This document shows positions 19,160-27,768 of a stretch of 27,906 nucleotides of DNA, piece after piece. Made by a program: the position numbers and the translations under genes. The stretch is from assembly GCA_036149055.1 (NCBI GenBank), contig JAYZQJ010000045.1, positions 1 to 27,906 on the forward strand. Direction: 5' to 3'. Position 1 is the first letter of the stretch. Each line of letters begins with the position of its first letter. Below the pieces are notes generated by a model. That model saw only the letters and a list, made by a program, of their open reading frames with translations. It did not search any database and was not told the origin of the DNA. Source of the DNA: Myxococcota bacterium. Lineage in GTDB: Bacteria; Myxococcota_A; Polyangia; Polyangiales; Sandaracinaceae.

Positions 19160-21838
19160 TCAATACACCCTGATCTCTGCGAGCGCCGCGTCGGGCTCGA
19201 GGAAGCGGACCCGCAGGCGGAGCGCGCCGGCGGTGTGGATCGGGACGTCGATCTCCGCCGCCTGCTCCGACGCGGCCGGGAGCACGCCTCGGGTGATCGA
19301 CAGCCGCTCGCCGCGCTCGTCGCGGGCCTCCACCTCGAAGGGCTGCGGTCGCTCGGCGCCGGCGGGCGCCACGAGGGTCAGGCCGGAGATGTACTCGGGG
19401 AGCTGGAAGCCGAGCTCGATCCAGGGGGCCGGGTCGGCCTCGGGGGATCGCCACACCGTGTCCACGCGGCCGTCGAGGACCCGGGGCGCCATCTCCCCCG
19501 TCCCCGGGCTCGACGCGAGCACCTCGGTCGTCGGGCCGTACACGATCGGGGCCGCCACGACCTCGATCTCCGCGAGCCCCCCCGAGAGGCCGTAGCTCTC
19601 GAGCACCTCGACGCGCAGGAGCGTGGCGCGCGGCGCGCCCAGGTAGACGTCGCGCCACACGCGCTCGGCGCTCGGCGGCTCCAGCGTCACCTCGGTGCGG
19701 GCGACGACCGTCGCCCCGTGCATCGCGGTCAGCCGCACCCGCCGGGACCCACGGTCGAGGTGGGGCGGGTTGAGCGCGTTCAGGAGGCGAACCCACGCGA
19801 TCGGCGTGGCCCGGCTCGGACGCAGCTCCACCCACCCGGGCTCGGGCGACGGCAGGTGCCACTCGGACTCCGGCGTTCCGTCCATGGCGTGCGCCGGGTG
19901 GTACCAGTCGTTGAGCTCCCGCTCCGCCCAGTCGCTGCCGCGCGCCTCCCACGCGAGGTCGGGCTCGCGCTCGGTCACCTCGGCGATCAGCACGAAGTAG
20001 CCGGCGAGCGCGCCCGCGCTCGACACGAGGAACACGAGCGCGCCCGCGGGGCCCGCGAGCCACCCGACCCGCCGCCAGCCGAGGAGCGCCGAGAGCGCGA
20101 GACCGAGCAGCGTCGCCCCCGCCGCCCACGGCAACGTCGGCGGTCGGTAGCGGAGCTCCACCCGGTGCATGCCGGGCGGCAGCGCGACCGCCATCAGATC
20201 GGCGCTCGTCCGCTCGACGCCTCCCCCCTCGAAGCCGGGCCCGTGCTCGCTCGTCCAGCCGGGCGCCCACGTCCGGTTGAACACCGCGCGCGCGGCCCGG
20301 GGCAGCTCGACCAGCGCCGAGACGGTGTTCGCGGTGATGCGCTCCTCGTAGACGCGGCCCCGGCCCGGCTCGACCCGGACCTGCTCGCGCCAGCCCTCCC
20401 AGAGCCCGCGCGCCCCGTGATAGTGCATGCCGCTGTAGCAGTAGCCGGTGCCGAGGTTCAGCCGCGGGAAGTAGGCCGGCGTGGGGTGGATGTCCTCGCC
20501 CGGCCAGTCCTCCGGGCCCGGGACCCTCGCCAGGAAGTGCGGCAGCGGCCGCACGGCGTCGATCGGCGGGTCCTGCCACTTGCCTTTCAGCACGGCGAGA
20601 TGCGCCGCGACCACGTCGGCGCAGCCGATGCCGGCGAGCGCGACCGCCACCCCGAGCCCGATGACGCGCGCTCCAGGCCAACCCTGCGCCTCGACGAGCC
20701 GCGCCGCGCCGCGCGCGATCGCCGCGAGCGCGTGGGCCGCGAGCAGCACGAAGTAGAAGAGCAGGATCACCGAGAAGCGGCTCGGCACGCGCAGCGAGTC
20801 GAAGATGGGCAGCTCGTGCACCAGCGCCCAGGGGGCCCACGGCGCGAAGCTGCCGAGCGTCAAGACGCCGAACACCATCGCACCCGTGAGCAGCCGCAGG
20901 TGACGGCGCCCGGACAGCGCGAGCGCGACGCCGAGCGCGCCGAGGGCGACGATCGTCCAGCCGACGTACGCGCTGTACTCGACCCAGATCCAGTCGTGGC
21001 CGGGGATCGGGCGGTGAGGCCAGGTGTAGTCCTGCCAGACCAGCGCGACGAGCAGCTCCCCCGGCGTCATGGCGTCCAGCGAGGGCGCCAGCCGCGGGTG
21101 GTGCTGCAGGTCGGCGAGGATCGGGATCAGGCGCAGCCCCCCGACGAGCACCGTCACCAGGATGGCGAGCAGCCCCGCCGAGAGCACCCGCCGGCGGCGC
21201 GCCGGCTCGCGCAGCGACCAGAGCGCCTCGTGGGCGAGCACGAGCACGAAGAAGGGGAACGCGTAGACGCCGCCCGCGAAGACGACCGCGCTCATCACCA
21301 GCCCGGTCAGCACCGCCCAGCGCAGGTCCACGGTGGAGCGGCGCCAGGCGAGGACCAGCCAGGGGAGCAGGTAGAAGGCGATGAAGTTCGCGTGCCCGGT
21401 GCCGCAGTGCCACGCGAAGTAGCCGGACGCGGCCCAGCCGACGGCCGCCAGGATCGAGGGGATGACGCCGAGGCCCTCCTCCCGCCGCGCGAGCAGGTAG
21501 CCGCCGAGCAGACCGGCCGCCGCGTGCACCACCAGGAAGAGCTTGAGCGCCACCGTCGCGCCGGTGAGCAGCGAGACGTAGAAGAGCGGGTGGAAGACCT
21601 GGGTCTGCGGGTTGCCGTACTGGGTGATCCCGCCGCACTGCCAGGGGTTCCAGAGCGGCAGCTCCCCGAACCGGGTGAGCGCCACCCAGCCCGCCTCCCA
21701 GAGGTGGTGGTACTCCTGGTAGTCGCCGAACCCGGTGGATCGCGGGTCGATCCAGATCTCGCGGAACAGCACGAAGGCGCAGGCCACCGACGCCAGCGCC
21801 GCCAGCGCGCGACGACCGGAGCTCGGGAGGGCCCGCAG
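19160..21838 (-). CDS. YfhO-like multi-TM (GT-C type) membrane protein with two C-terminal discoidin/F5-8C-like domains
   Basis: GELPLWNPWQCGG..GNPQ..FHP, more than 10 TMs, LRVPSRF, WAPGW, LPPGMHRVELRY, then AMDGTPESEW and VLDGRVDTVW. Start is CTG 21838 (GAGGA SD 7 nt upstream) or GTG 21787. Confidence 0.75.
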   Translation of the reverse strand: MRALPSSGRRALAALASVACAFVLFREIWIDPRSTGFGDYQEYHHLWEAGWVALTRFGELPLWNPWQCGGITQYGNPQTQVFHPLFYVSLLTGATVALKLFLVVHAAAGLLGGYLLARREEGLGVIPSILAAVGWAASGYFAWHCGTGHANFIAFYLLPWLVLAWRRSTVDLRWAVLTGLVMSAVVFAGGVYAFPFFVLVLAHEALWSLREPARRRRVLSAGLLAILVTVLVGGLRLIPILADLQHHPRLAPSLDAMTPGELLVALVWQDYTWPHRPIPGHDWIWVEYSAYVGWTIVALGALGVALALSGRRHLRLLTGAMVFGVLTLGSFAPWAPWALVHELPIFDSLRVPSRFSVILLFYFVLLAAHALAAIARGAARLVEAQGWPGARVIGLGVAVALAGIGCADVVAAHLAVLKGKWQDPPIDAVRPLPHFLARVPGPEDWPGEDIHPTPAYFPRLNLGTGYCYSGMHYHGARGLWEGWREQVRVEPGRGRVYEERITANTVSALVELPRAARAVFNRTWAPGWTSEHGPGFEGGGVERTSADLMAVALPPGMHRVELRYRPPTLPWAAGATLLGLALSALLGWRRVGWLAGPAGALVFLVSSAGALAGYFVLIAEVTEREPDLAWEARGSDWAERELNDWYHPAHAMDGTPESEWHLPSPEPGWVELRPSRATPIAWVRLLNALNPPHLDRGSRRVRLTAMHGATVVARTEVTLEPPSAERVWRDVYLGAPRATLLRVEVLESYGLSGGLAEIEVVAAPIVYGPTTEVLASSPGTGEMAPRVLDGRVDTVWRSPEADPAPWIELGFQLPEYISGLTLVAPAGAERPQPFEVEARDERGERLSITRGVLPAASEQAAEIDVPIHTAGALRLRVRFLEPDAALAEIRVY

Positions 21839-21856
21839 GGCTACGTCCTCGCGCCG

Positions 21857-24136
21857 CTACTCGGCGACCGGCTGGTCGCCCCCGTCTTTCTGGTCTTCGA
21901 GCAGGCTGAGCCCGATCGCGAACGCCTTGCGAGCCCGCTCGAGCAGCGCCTCGTCGCCCTTGATCTTGCTCTCCGCCCCCGCGAGCCGGCCCTCGAGCGT
22001 GGCCTGCGCCGCCTCGAGCGTGCCGATGCGGTCGCCCTGCTCCGACTTGATGGCGTTCAGCGCCTCGACCTCGGCCTTGCGCTCGGAGAGCTTCGCCTTC
22101 AGGTCCTCGATCTCGCGCTGCGCGGACTCGATCTCCTGCTTGAGGCCGTCCCGCTCGCCCTCGAGATCCTCGATGCGCTCCTCGGCCGCGGCGAGCTTGG
22201 TCTCGGTCTCCGCCATCTTGCGGCCGAGCACCGCGAGCTCCTGGGAGTGCGCGGCCTTCGCCGCGTCGAGCGCCTCGGTCTTGGCGCCCTCGAGCTCGGT
22301 CCGCAGCGCCTCGAGCGCCGCCTCGTGCTCGGTGGTCTTCGCCTCGAGGGCCTGCTCGCGCTCGGCGGTGAGCTCCTCGCGCTGCTTCTCGAGCGCGGCC
22401 TCGCGCTCCGCCGCGCTCTCCGCGCGCAGGCTGGCGACGGCCTCTTCGTGCGCCGTCTTCTCCGCGGACAGCGCCGCCTCGTGCTCGGCCTTCGACGCCT
22501 CGAGCGCCTCGGCGTGCGCCGTCTTCTCGGCTTCGAGGGCGCTCTGGTGTTCGGCGTCCTTCGCCTCGATCGCTGCCGCGTGCTCCGCGTCCTTGGCCTC
22601 GAGCGCCGCCGCGTGCTCGGCGGACTTCGACGCGAGGGCTTCCTCCTTCTCGGTCGCCGCCGCCGCGACCTTCTCGTCGCGCTCCTGCTCGAGCTCGGCG
22701 ATCTTCGCGTCGCGCTCCTGCTCGGCGGCCGCGATCTTCTCGTCGCGCTCCTTCTCGAGCTCGGCGACCTTGGCGTCGCGCTCCTCCTCGGCCGCGGCCG
22801 CCTTGGCCTCGGCCTCGGCGACCTTCTCGTCGCGCTCGCTCTCGAGGCGCGCCCGCTCGGCCGAGCGCATCGCGCGCTCCTCCTCGAGCTCGCTCTCGAT
22901 CTTCTTGGCCTTCTCGTCCGCGCGCTCGAGCCGCCCCTTCAGGTCCTCGGCCCGCTTCTCGAACGACTCCTTGTCGGCGCCGAGCGCCGCGTTCTGATCC
23001 TCGAGCTCGGCCTTCGCCCGCTCGAGCGCGAGGAGGTTGTCCTCGAAGTCGGCGCGCTCGCGCTCCATCGAGAGGTTCTTGTCGCGCAGCTCGATGAGTT
23101 GCTTGTCGCGCGCGCTGACCTGGTCGCGGAGATCGAGGATCTCCTTGTCCTTGGAGTTGAGCGCCTCCCGGAGGTCGAGGAACTCGCGGCTCGAGATGCC
23201 GCCGCCCTTGGCGGCCTTCGCGCGGAGCGCCTCCACCTCGGCCTGCAGCCGCTCGACGTCGGCCTGGGCGCGATCCCGCTCGCGCTCGGCGTCCTCGGCG
23301 GCGGAGCGCGCGGCCGAGAGCTCCTCCGGGTCGACCCCGGTGGCCGGCGTGGCGTCGGCGGGGACGCTCGGCGCCGGAGGCACGCTCGCCGGCGCGGGCG
23401 CCACCGACTTCGGAGGCGCCGACGTCGGAGGCGGCGGCGCGGCGGACTTCGGGGGCGCGGACCTCGGAGGAGGCGGCGCGGCCGACTTCGGGGGAGGCGG
23501 CGCGGCGCTCTCCGCCGTCTGCGCCTCGGCCTCGAGCTCCGCCCGGAGCGCCTTCGGCAGCTCCGCGACCATCGTGCTGTCGCTGCCGCCCTCTTCGTTC
23601 ATCACCAGCGCGTCGAAGGCGCTCTCCGCGAACGCGTCGATCTCGTCGTCGACGTGCTCGCCCTCCTCCTCGATCGGCTCGAGCTCCTCGACCTCCTCGA
23701 TCGGGATCTCCATCGCCTCTTCGGACAGATCGAGGGGCTCCGGCGTGACGGCCCCGGCCGCGTCGAGCTCGATCAGGGCGCCGATCCGGTCGAGGAGCCC
23801 GTCGACCTCGATCGGCTTGCGCAGGTAGTCCTCGGCCCGGGTGCGCAGCTTGCGATGCTGCTCGAAGATCTCCTCGGTCGCCTCGCTCGAGAGGATCACC
23901 ACGGGGATCCCCTGAGTGGCCGGGTTCTTCTTGAGCTTCTTGCAGACGAGGAAGCCGTTCATCTGCGGCAGCTCGATCGTCAGCAAGATCAGGTCGGGGG
24001 ACGACGCGGTCGCCTGGCTCAGGCCGGCGTTGCCGTCGTCGACGACCTCCACGCTCGCCCCGCGCGCCTCGAGCGCGTCCCGGACGGCGGCCGCGAAGGT
24101 GGGATCGCTCTCGAAGAAGAGAATGCTCGCTGCCAT
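21857..24136 (-). CDS. frzS: FrzS-like pseudo-receiver plus long coiled-coil protein
   Basis: The receiver-like N-terminus (FFESD, PDLILLTIEL, FEQHRKLRTRAEDYLRKP..LLDRIGALI) resembles M. xanthus FrzS as I recall it. It is followed by an acidic/Pro linker and a long coiled coil, and lies downstream of an ECF/anti-sigma pair. Confidence 0.75.
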   Translation of the reverse strand: MAASILFFESDPTFAAAVRDALEARGASVEVVDDGNAGLSQATASSPDLILLTIELPQMNGFLVCKKLKKNPATQGIPVVILSSEATEEIFEQHRKLRTRAEDYLRKPIEVDGLLDRIGALIELDAAGAVTPEPLDLSEEAMEIPIEEVEELEPIEEEGEHVDDEIDAFAESAFDALVMNEEGGSDSTMVAELPKALRAELEAEAQTAESAAPPPPKSAAPPPPRSAPPKSAAPPPPTSAPPKSVAPAPASVPPAPSVPADATPATGVDPEELSAARSAAEDAERERDRAQADVERLQAEVEALRAKAAKGGGISSREFLDLREALNSKDKEILDLRDQVSARDKQLIELRDKNLSMERERADFEDNLLALERAKAELEDQNAALGADKESFEKRAEDLKGRLERADEKAKKIESELEEERAMRSAERARLESERDEKVAEAEAKAAAAEEERDAKVAELEKERDEKIAAAEQERDAKIAELEQERDEKVAAAATEKEEALASKSAEHAAALEAKDAEHAAAIEAKDAEHQSALEAEKTAHAEALEASKAEHEAALSAEKTAHEEAVASLRAESAAEREAALEKQREELTAEREQALEAKTTEHEAALEALRTELEGAKTEALDAAKAAHSQELAVLGRKMAETETKLAAAEERIEDLEGERDGLKQEIESAQREIEDLKAKLSERKAEVEALNAIKSEQGDRIGTLEAAQATLEGRLAGAESKIKGDEALLERARKAFAIGLSLLEDQKDGGDQPVAE
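22240..22837 (-). repeat. 11-residue (33-bp) coiled-coil repeats, ERD(E/A)K(V/I)AxxEx then (E/A)HxxALExxxx
   Basis: Read in the translation, e.g. ERDAKVAELEK ERDEKIAAAEQ ERDAKIAELEQ and EHAAALEAKDA EHAAAIEAKDA EHQSALEAEKT. Boundaries are approximate. Confidence 0.8.
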
Positions 24137-24159
24137 CGACGCTCCTCGAATGAAGCGCG

Positions 24160-24189
24160 AGGATACGTGGCCGCCGCGCGCGGCGTCAA
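24160..24189 (-). promoter_or_regulatory. Putative sigma70-type promoter for the frzS-like gene
   Basis: Minus strand TTGACG-N18-TATCCT, then GAGGAG SD and ATG 24136. Confidence 0.55.
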
Positions 24190-24243
24190 CGGCGTTCTAC
24201 GCCCCAAAACCCACGAGTTCCGGGCATTTGGAGGGCAGAACCG

Positions 24244-25131
24244 TCAGCGGTCGCGCACGCGCGCGGAGGCGGCGAGCTGCAGGAGCGAGCGCTCGTCGAG
24301 GTCGCCCGCGATGGCGTAGGTGAGCCCGCGGTGCTGGACGACCGGCACCGTGTAGCCCCGGGCGCGGCCCACGTAGACCCGGCCGCTCACGTCGACCGGT
24401 CGCGCGATGCGATCCACCGGCGCGGGAGGCTCGAAGACCATGACCGTGACCCGACGGCCGCGGACCGTGTAGTAGAACGCGGCCGCCTCGCGGTCTCGCA
24501 CGTTGGAGATCCGCGCGCCGACGAGGCGCACGTCCGGGCCGGTGAACTCCATCGGCTGCACCTGGAAGTGCAGCTTGTCGCGGAACCAGCCGGCGACCTG
24601 GGTCGGCGGGCCGCTGACCTCGGCCGGGTGCTCGCTCGAGTGCCGCTGCACGACGTCCTCGAAGATACCCATGGACGGCGGCGTCGCGACGCCCGCCTCG
24701 GCGTGCAGGCCCTCGAGCGCCGCGTCCGGGTTGCCGCCCTCGCGCGCGGCGAAGACGGCGAGCGCCACCGCGGCGGCCGCGGCCGGCACGGCGTAGCGCG
24801 CCTTGATCGGCATCACGCGGAAGCCCTGGAGCCCCAGCGGCGCGGGGGCGTCGGCCCTGGCGCCCACCGGCGCGTCCGGCAGCGCCGCCGCCTTGCGCGC
24901 GTCCTCGGCGTCGAGCGCCTTCCGGAGCCGGGCCGCGAGGTCGGGCGGGGCGGCCGGCGCGTCGGCGCAGGCCTCCTTCACGCGACCCTTGAAGCCCTGG
25001 ACGAACGACAGATGGACCCGGCAGGGCCCGCACGACGCGAGGTGCTGCTCGAACTCGATCTGGGTGTCCGGATCGACCTCACCATCGACGACGGCGTCGA
25101 CGTGGCGACGGAAGATCTCGCACGTGATCAT
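24244..25131 (-). CDS. Zinc-binding (ZAS/zf-HC2) transmembrane anti-sigma factor
   Basis: C4 and HLASCGPC (HxxxCxxC), one TM and an extracytoplasmic domain. ATGA overlap with the sigma gene. Confidence 0.88.
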   Translation of the reverse strand: MITCEIFRRHVDAVVDGEVDPDTQIEFEQHLASCGPCRVHLSFVQGFKGRVKEACADAPAAPPDLAARLRKALDAEDARKAAALPDAPVGARADAPAPLGLQGFRVMPIKARYAVPAAAAAVALAVFAAREGGNPDAALEGLHAEAGVATPPSMGIFEDVVQRHSSEHPAEVSGPPTQVAGWFRDKLHFQVQPMEFTGPDVRLVGARISNVRDREAAAFYYTVRGRRVTVMVFEPPAPVDRIARPVDVSGRVYVGRARGYTVPVVQHRGLTYAIAGDLDERSLLQLAASARVRDR

Positions 25132-25769
25132 CCCGCGTTCTCCTTCGCGCGACGGTAGGCCTCGAGCGAGATGGGCTCGCCGGCGGCGGGCTCCTCGACG
25201 ATGCCGAGCTGAACGGCCTGGGCCATCAGCCTCTTCTGCATCTTCTTCCGGGCCCGGTGCAGGCGGCTCATCACGGTGCCGATGGGGCAGCCGACGATGG
25301 CCGCGATCTCCTTGTAGGAGAGTTCCTCCACGTCGGCGAGGATGATCATCATGCGGTAGTCCTCGGGCAGCGCGTCGAGCGCGTCCTGGATCTCCGCGTG
25401 GATGAGGCGGCGGTGCGCCTCCGACTCCGGATCGGTCAGGCAGCGCATCGCGGCGCGGCTCATCACCCCGTCGCCCACCGGCTCGGCGTCACGCCCCTCG
25501 AGCACCTTCCGCTCGCGCGTCTTGCGGCGGTACTTGTTGATGAACGTGTTGGTGAGGATCCGGAAGAGCCAGGCCTTCATGTTGGTGCCGGGCTCGAAGC
25601 GGTCATGGAAACGGTAGGCCTTCACGAAGGCGTCCTGAACGAGGTCCTCCGCGTCGGACGGGCTCCGCGTGAGCCGCAGCGCGGCCCCGTAGAGGGCGTC
25701 GAGGTGCTGGAGCGCCTCTCGCTCGAAGTCCTCGCGCACGGGGTCGTTCGTGTGAGGGGTGAAGGCCAT
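25128..25769 (-). CDS. ECF RNA polymerase sigma factor, SigH/SigR/RpoE1-like
   Basis: [50 protein letters not shown] and [29 protein letters not shown] before ATG 25769. Confidence 0.93.
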   Translation of the reverse strand: MAFTPHTNDPVREDFEREALQHLDALYGAALRLTRSPSDAEDLVQDAFVKAYRFHDRFEPGTNMKAWLFRILTNTFINKYRRKTRERKVLEGRDAEPVGDGVMSRAAMRCLTDPESEAHRRLIHAEIQDALDALPEDYRMMIILADVEELSYKEIAAIVGCPIGTVMSRLHRARKKMQKRLMAQAVQLGIVEEPAAGEPISLEAYRRAKENAG

Positions 25770-25789
25770 CGGTCTCCTTTCAGGGCGCT

Positions 25790-25816
25790 CAACGAGGGGG
25801 TCGGCGCGTCTGTTCC
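25790..25816 (-). promoter_or_regulatory. Putative autoregulatory ECF promoter GGAAC-N17-CGTTG
   Basis: Matches the SigH/SigR-type consensus and lies 20 nt upstream of the sigma start codon. Confidence 0.7.
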
Positions 25817-25956
25817 ACGAAAAGCGCGGCCGTCCCGACCTTGGGCGCTCCGGCTGCAACCCCTCGGAATGGTTGCGCTAGCTCCCCCTCACTGGCGACG
25901 AGAACAGGGTAACCATGCGGGCGCGCCCCGCAGCAGATTTCGCTAGAAACGGAAAC

Positions 25957-26607
25957 CTACTCCTCCTCGCGGGCGGCCGCCTCGGCCTCCTCTTCCCTCC
26001 GGCTCAGCTTCACCAGCTTGTCCTCGAGCTCCTCGATGCGCGCCTGCATGCGCTTCACCTCGGACTGGAGCTGCTGCACGTGGGTCAGGGCGTGCCCGAG
26101 CAGGCCCCGGATCCGGTCGTCGGCCAGCCGCTGCAGCTCGTCGAGCGCCTCCTTGGGCGTCGCGAAGACGGATCGCTTGGCCTCCTTGGCCTTCGGCGGC
26201 GGCTCGGACTTCTTCGCCTCGAGCTCCGCCTCCTCCCCCTCCTCGCCCTCGCGGACGCTGTCCCGCGGGATGAGCTTGCCCATCGGGCCTTCCCGCAGGC
26301 TGGTGATCAGGCGCTCGCCGCTCTGCTGGATCAGCGTCCGGAGCGTGCTCACCGGGGCGACCGCGCGGTTGTCCTCGGCGCCCTTCTTCTCTTCTTCGTA
26401 GATGATCTGGGCGAGCGTGACGTTCGTCAGATCCTCTTTGGTCGTGTTGTCGATGATCGTGACGTGCTCGCCCTCGCGGACGAACTTCGCGATCTGCTGC
26501 AGCGTCACGTAGCGACTGTCGCGCGTGTCGTAGAGCTTGCGGTTCGCGTAGCGTTTGATCAGCCGGGGCTTCTCGTCGTCCCCGTTGTGCTGCTGGCTGG
26601 TTTCCAA
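25957..26607 (-). CDS. PhaR-type (PHA synthesis regulator) DNA-binding domain protein with C-terminal coiled coil
   Basis: RLIKRYANRKLYDTRDSRYVTL..IIDNTTKEDLTNVTLAQII. TTG start at 26607 with an AGGAGG SD. Confidence 0.85.
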   Translation of the reverse strand: METSQQHNGDDEKPRLIKRYANRKLYDTRDSRYVTLQQIAKFVREGEHVTIIDNTTKEDLTNVTLAQIIYEEEKKGAEDNRAVAPVSTLRTLIQQSGERLITSLREGPMGKLIPRDSVREGEEGEEAELEAKKSEPPPKAKEAKRSVFATPKEALDELQRLADDRIRGLLGHALTHVQQLQSEVKRMQARIEELEDKLVKLSRREEEAEAAAREEE

Positions 26608-26721
26608 GCAATCCTCCTGGGATGCGCCCTCGGGCGGCCCCTCGCGACGCGACGCGTCATCAGTATACACGGCGCGGCCCGAGACGGTCGTCCCGGGTGG
26701 AAGTAGAGTGAGAGAGCCATC

Positions 26722-27465
26722 ATGGAGGACCCCCGCACGCACGCCCGACGGCTCGCGCGCCGGATCGCCGCCATCGCCGATCCCCCGATGCGGGTGCGGT
26801 ACGTGGCCAACGTGCTCGCGCGCACCGATCCGGGAGACATCGCGGATCTGGTGACGGTGGCCGTGCACGGCGCGGAGGCCCGCGACGGCGACCTCGGCGC
26901 GCTGCTCCTCGCCCTCTGCCTCGCCCTCGCCCAGCCCGAGCGGGCGGAGCTCAGAGACGCGGTGGTGCGGGAGGCGGTCCTCCGGGGCATGAACGACACC
27001 GTCGCCCTCCTCAGCCCGCGCCCCTCCCCGAAGGAGACCGAGGAGCCGCTGGCGGTGCCCGACTTCGGCAAGGGCCGCGCGGTCACGCTCGGAGAGCGCA
27101 AGTCGCTCGCCCGCCGCCGCGATCGCGATCTGCTGGCGAGGGTCCTCCGCGACCCGCACCCCGACGTGATCCGGATCCTCCTGTCGAACCCCGCGCTGAC
27201 CGAGGAGGACGTCATCCGGCTCTGCGCCCAGCGCCCGGTGTCGTCCGAGGTCCTGCGAGAGGTCTTCCGCACCACGAAGTGGGTGCTCCGCTACCGGGTC
27301 CGACGCGCGATCGTGAACAACCCGTTCACCCCCCTCGACGTCGCCCTCCAGCTCGCGGCGCACCTGCACGCGCAGGACGCGAGGGAGGTCATGGAGGCCC
27401 CCGAGCTGCCGGTGGCGCTGCGCGAGGCCTGCGCGCGGGTGGCAGGGCTGCAGACCCTGCACTGA
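26722..27465 (+). CDS. Conserved hypothetical helical-repeat protein
   Basis: GC3-biased codons; TLGERKSLAR, RDPHPDVIRILLSNP and RAIVNNPFTP are LRV/HEAT-like repeats. Confidence 0.75.
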   Translation: MEDPRTHARRLARRIAAIADPPMRVRYVANVLARTDPGDIADLVTVAVHGAEARDGDLGALLLALCLALAQPERAELRDAVVREAVLRGMNDTVALLSPRPSPKETEEPLAVPDFGKGRAVTLGERKSLARRRDRDLLARVLRDPHPDVIRILLSNPALTEEDVIRLCAQRPVSSEVLREVFRTTKWVLRYRVRRAIVNNPFTPLDVALQLAAHLHAQDAREVMEAPELPVALREACARVAGLQTLH

Positions 27466-27488
27466 GCCGCTCCTCCTCGGGATCGTCA

Positions 27489-27683
27489 CCGAGTCCGGGT
27501 CCGAGCCCGAGCCCGAGCCCGAGACCGGCTCCGAGACCGGCTCCGAGATCGAGACCGGCTCCGAGCCCGAGACCGAGGCCGAGTCCGGCTCCGAGTCCGA
27601 GGTCCGAGTCCGAGGTCCGAGACCGAGGCCGAGTCCGGCTCCGAGTCCGAGGTCCGAGTCCGACACCCGGGCCGAGGCCGAGT
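27489..27683. repeat. Degenerate CCGAG(N/NN)/CCGGCT short-repeat array with an exact 47-bp duplication
   Basis: About 30 units of 6-7 bp; 27567-27613 is identical to 27617-27663. Confidence 0.9.
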
Positions 27684-27768
27684 GGGGAAAGTCGTCCCCG
27701 GGCTCTCGAGAAGTGGCAAACATTGTCCCCGGCCGCGCGCCGCGGACGTCGAGGCCGCGACGACGGCA

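Noticed and set aside
19145..24319. 1724-aa plus-strand ORF
   Set aside because: Antisense shadow of the GT-C and frzS genes; stop codons are rare at this GC content and it shows no family motifs.
27489..27683. Possible CRISPR array
   Set aside because: No unique spacers, units are only 6-7 bp, and there are no cas genes in the window.
26608..27723. Extension of the PhaR-like ORF to 588 aa, including an S/E/P-rich repeat
   Set aside because: Antisense to the 26722 gene and runs through the repeat array; a strong SD with TTG at 26607 marks the real start.
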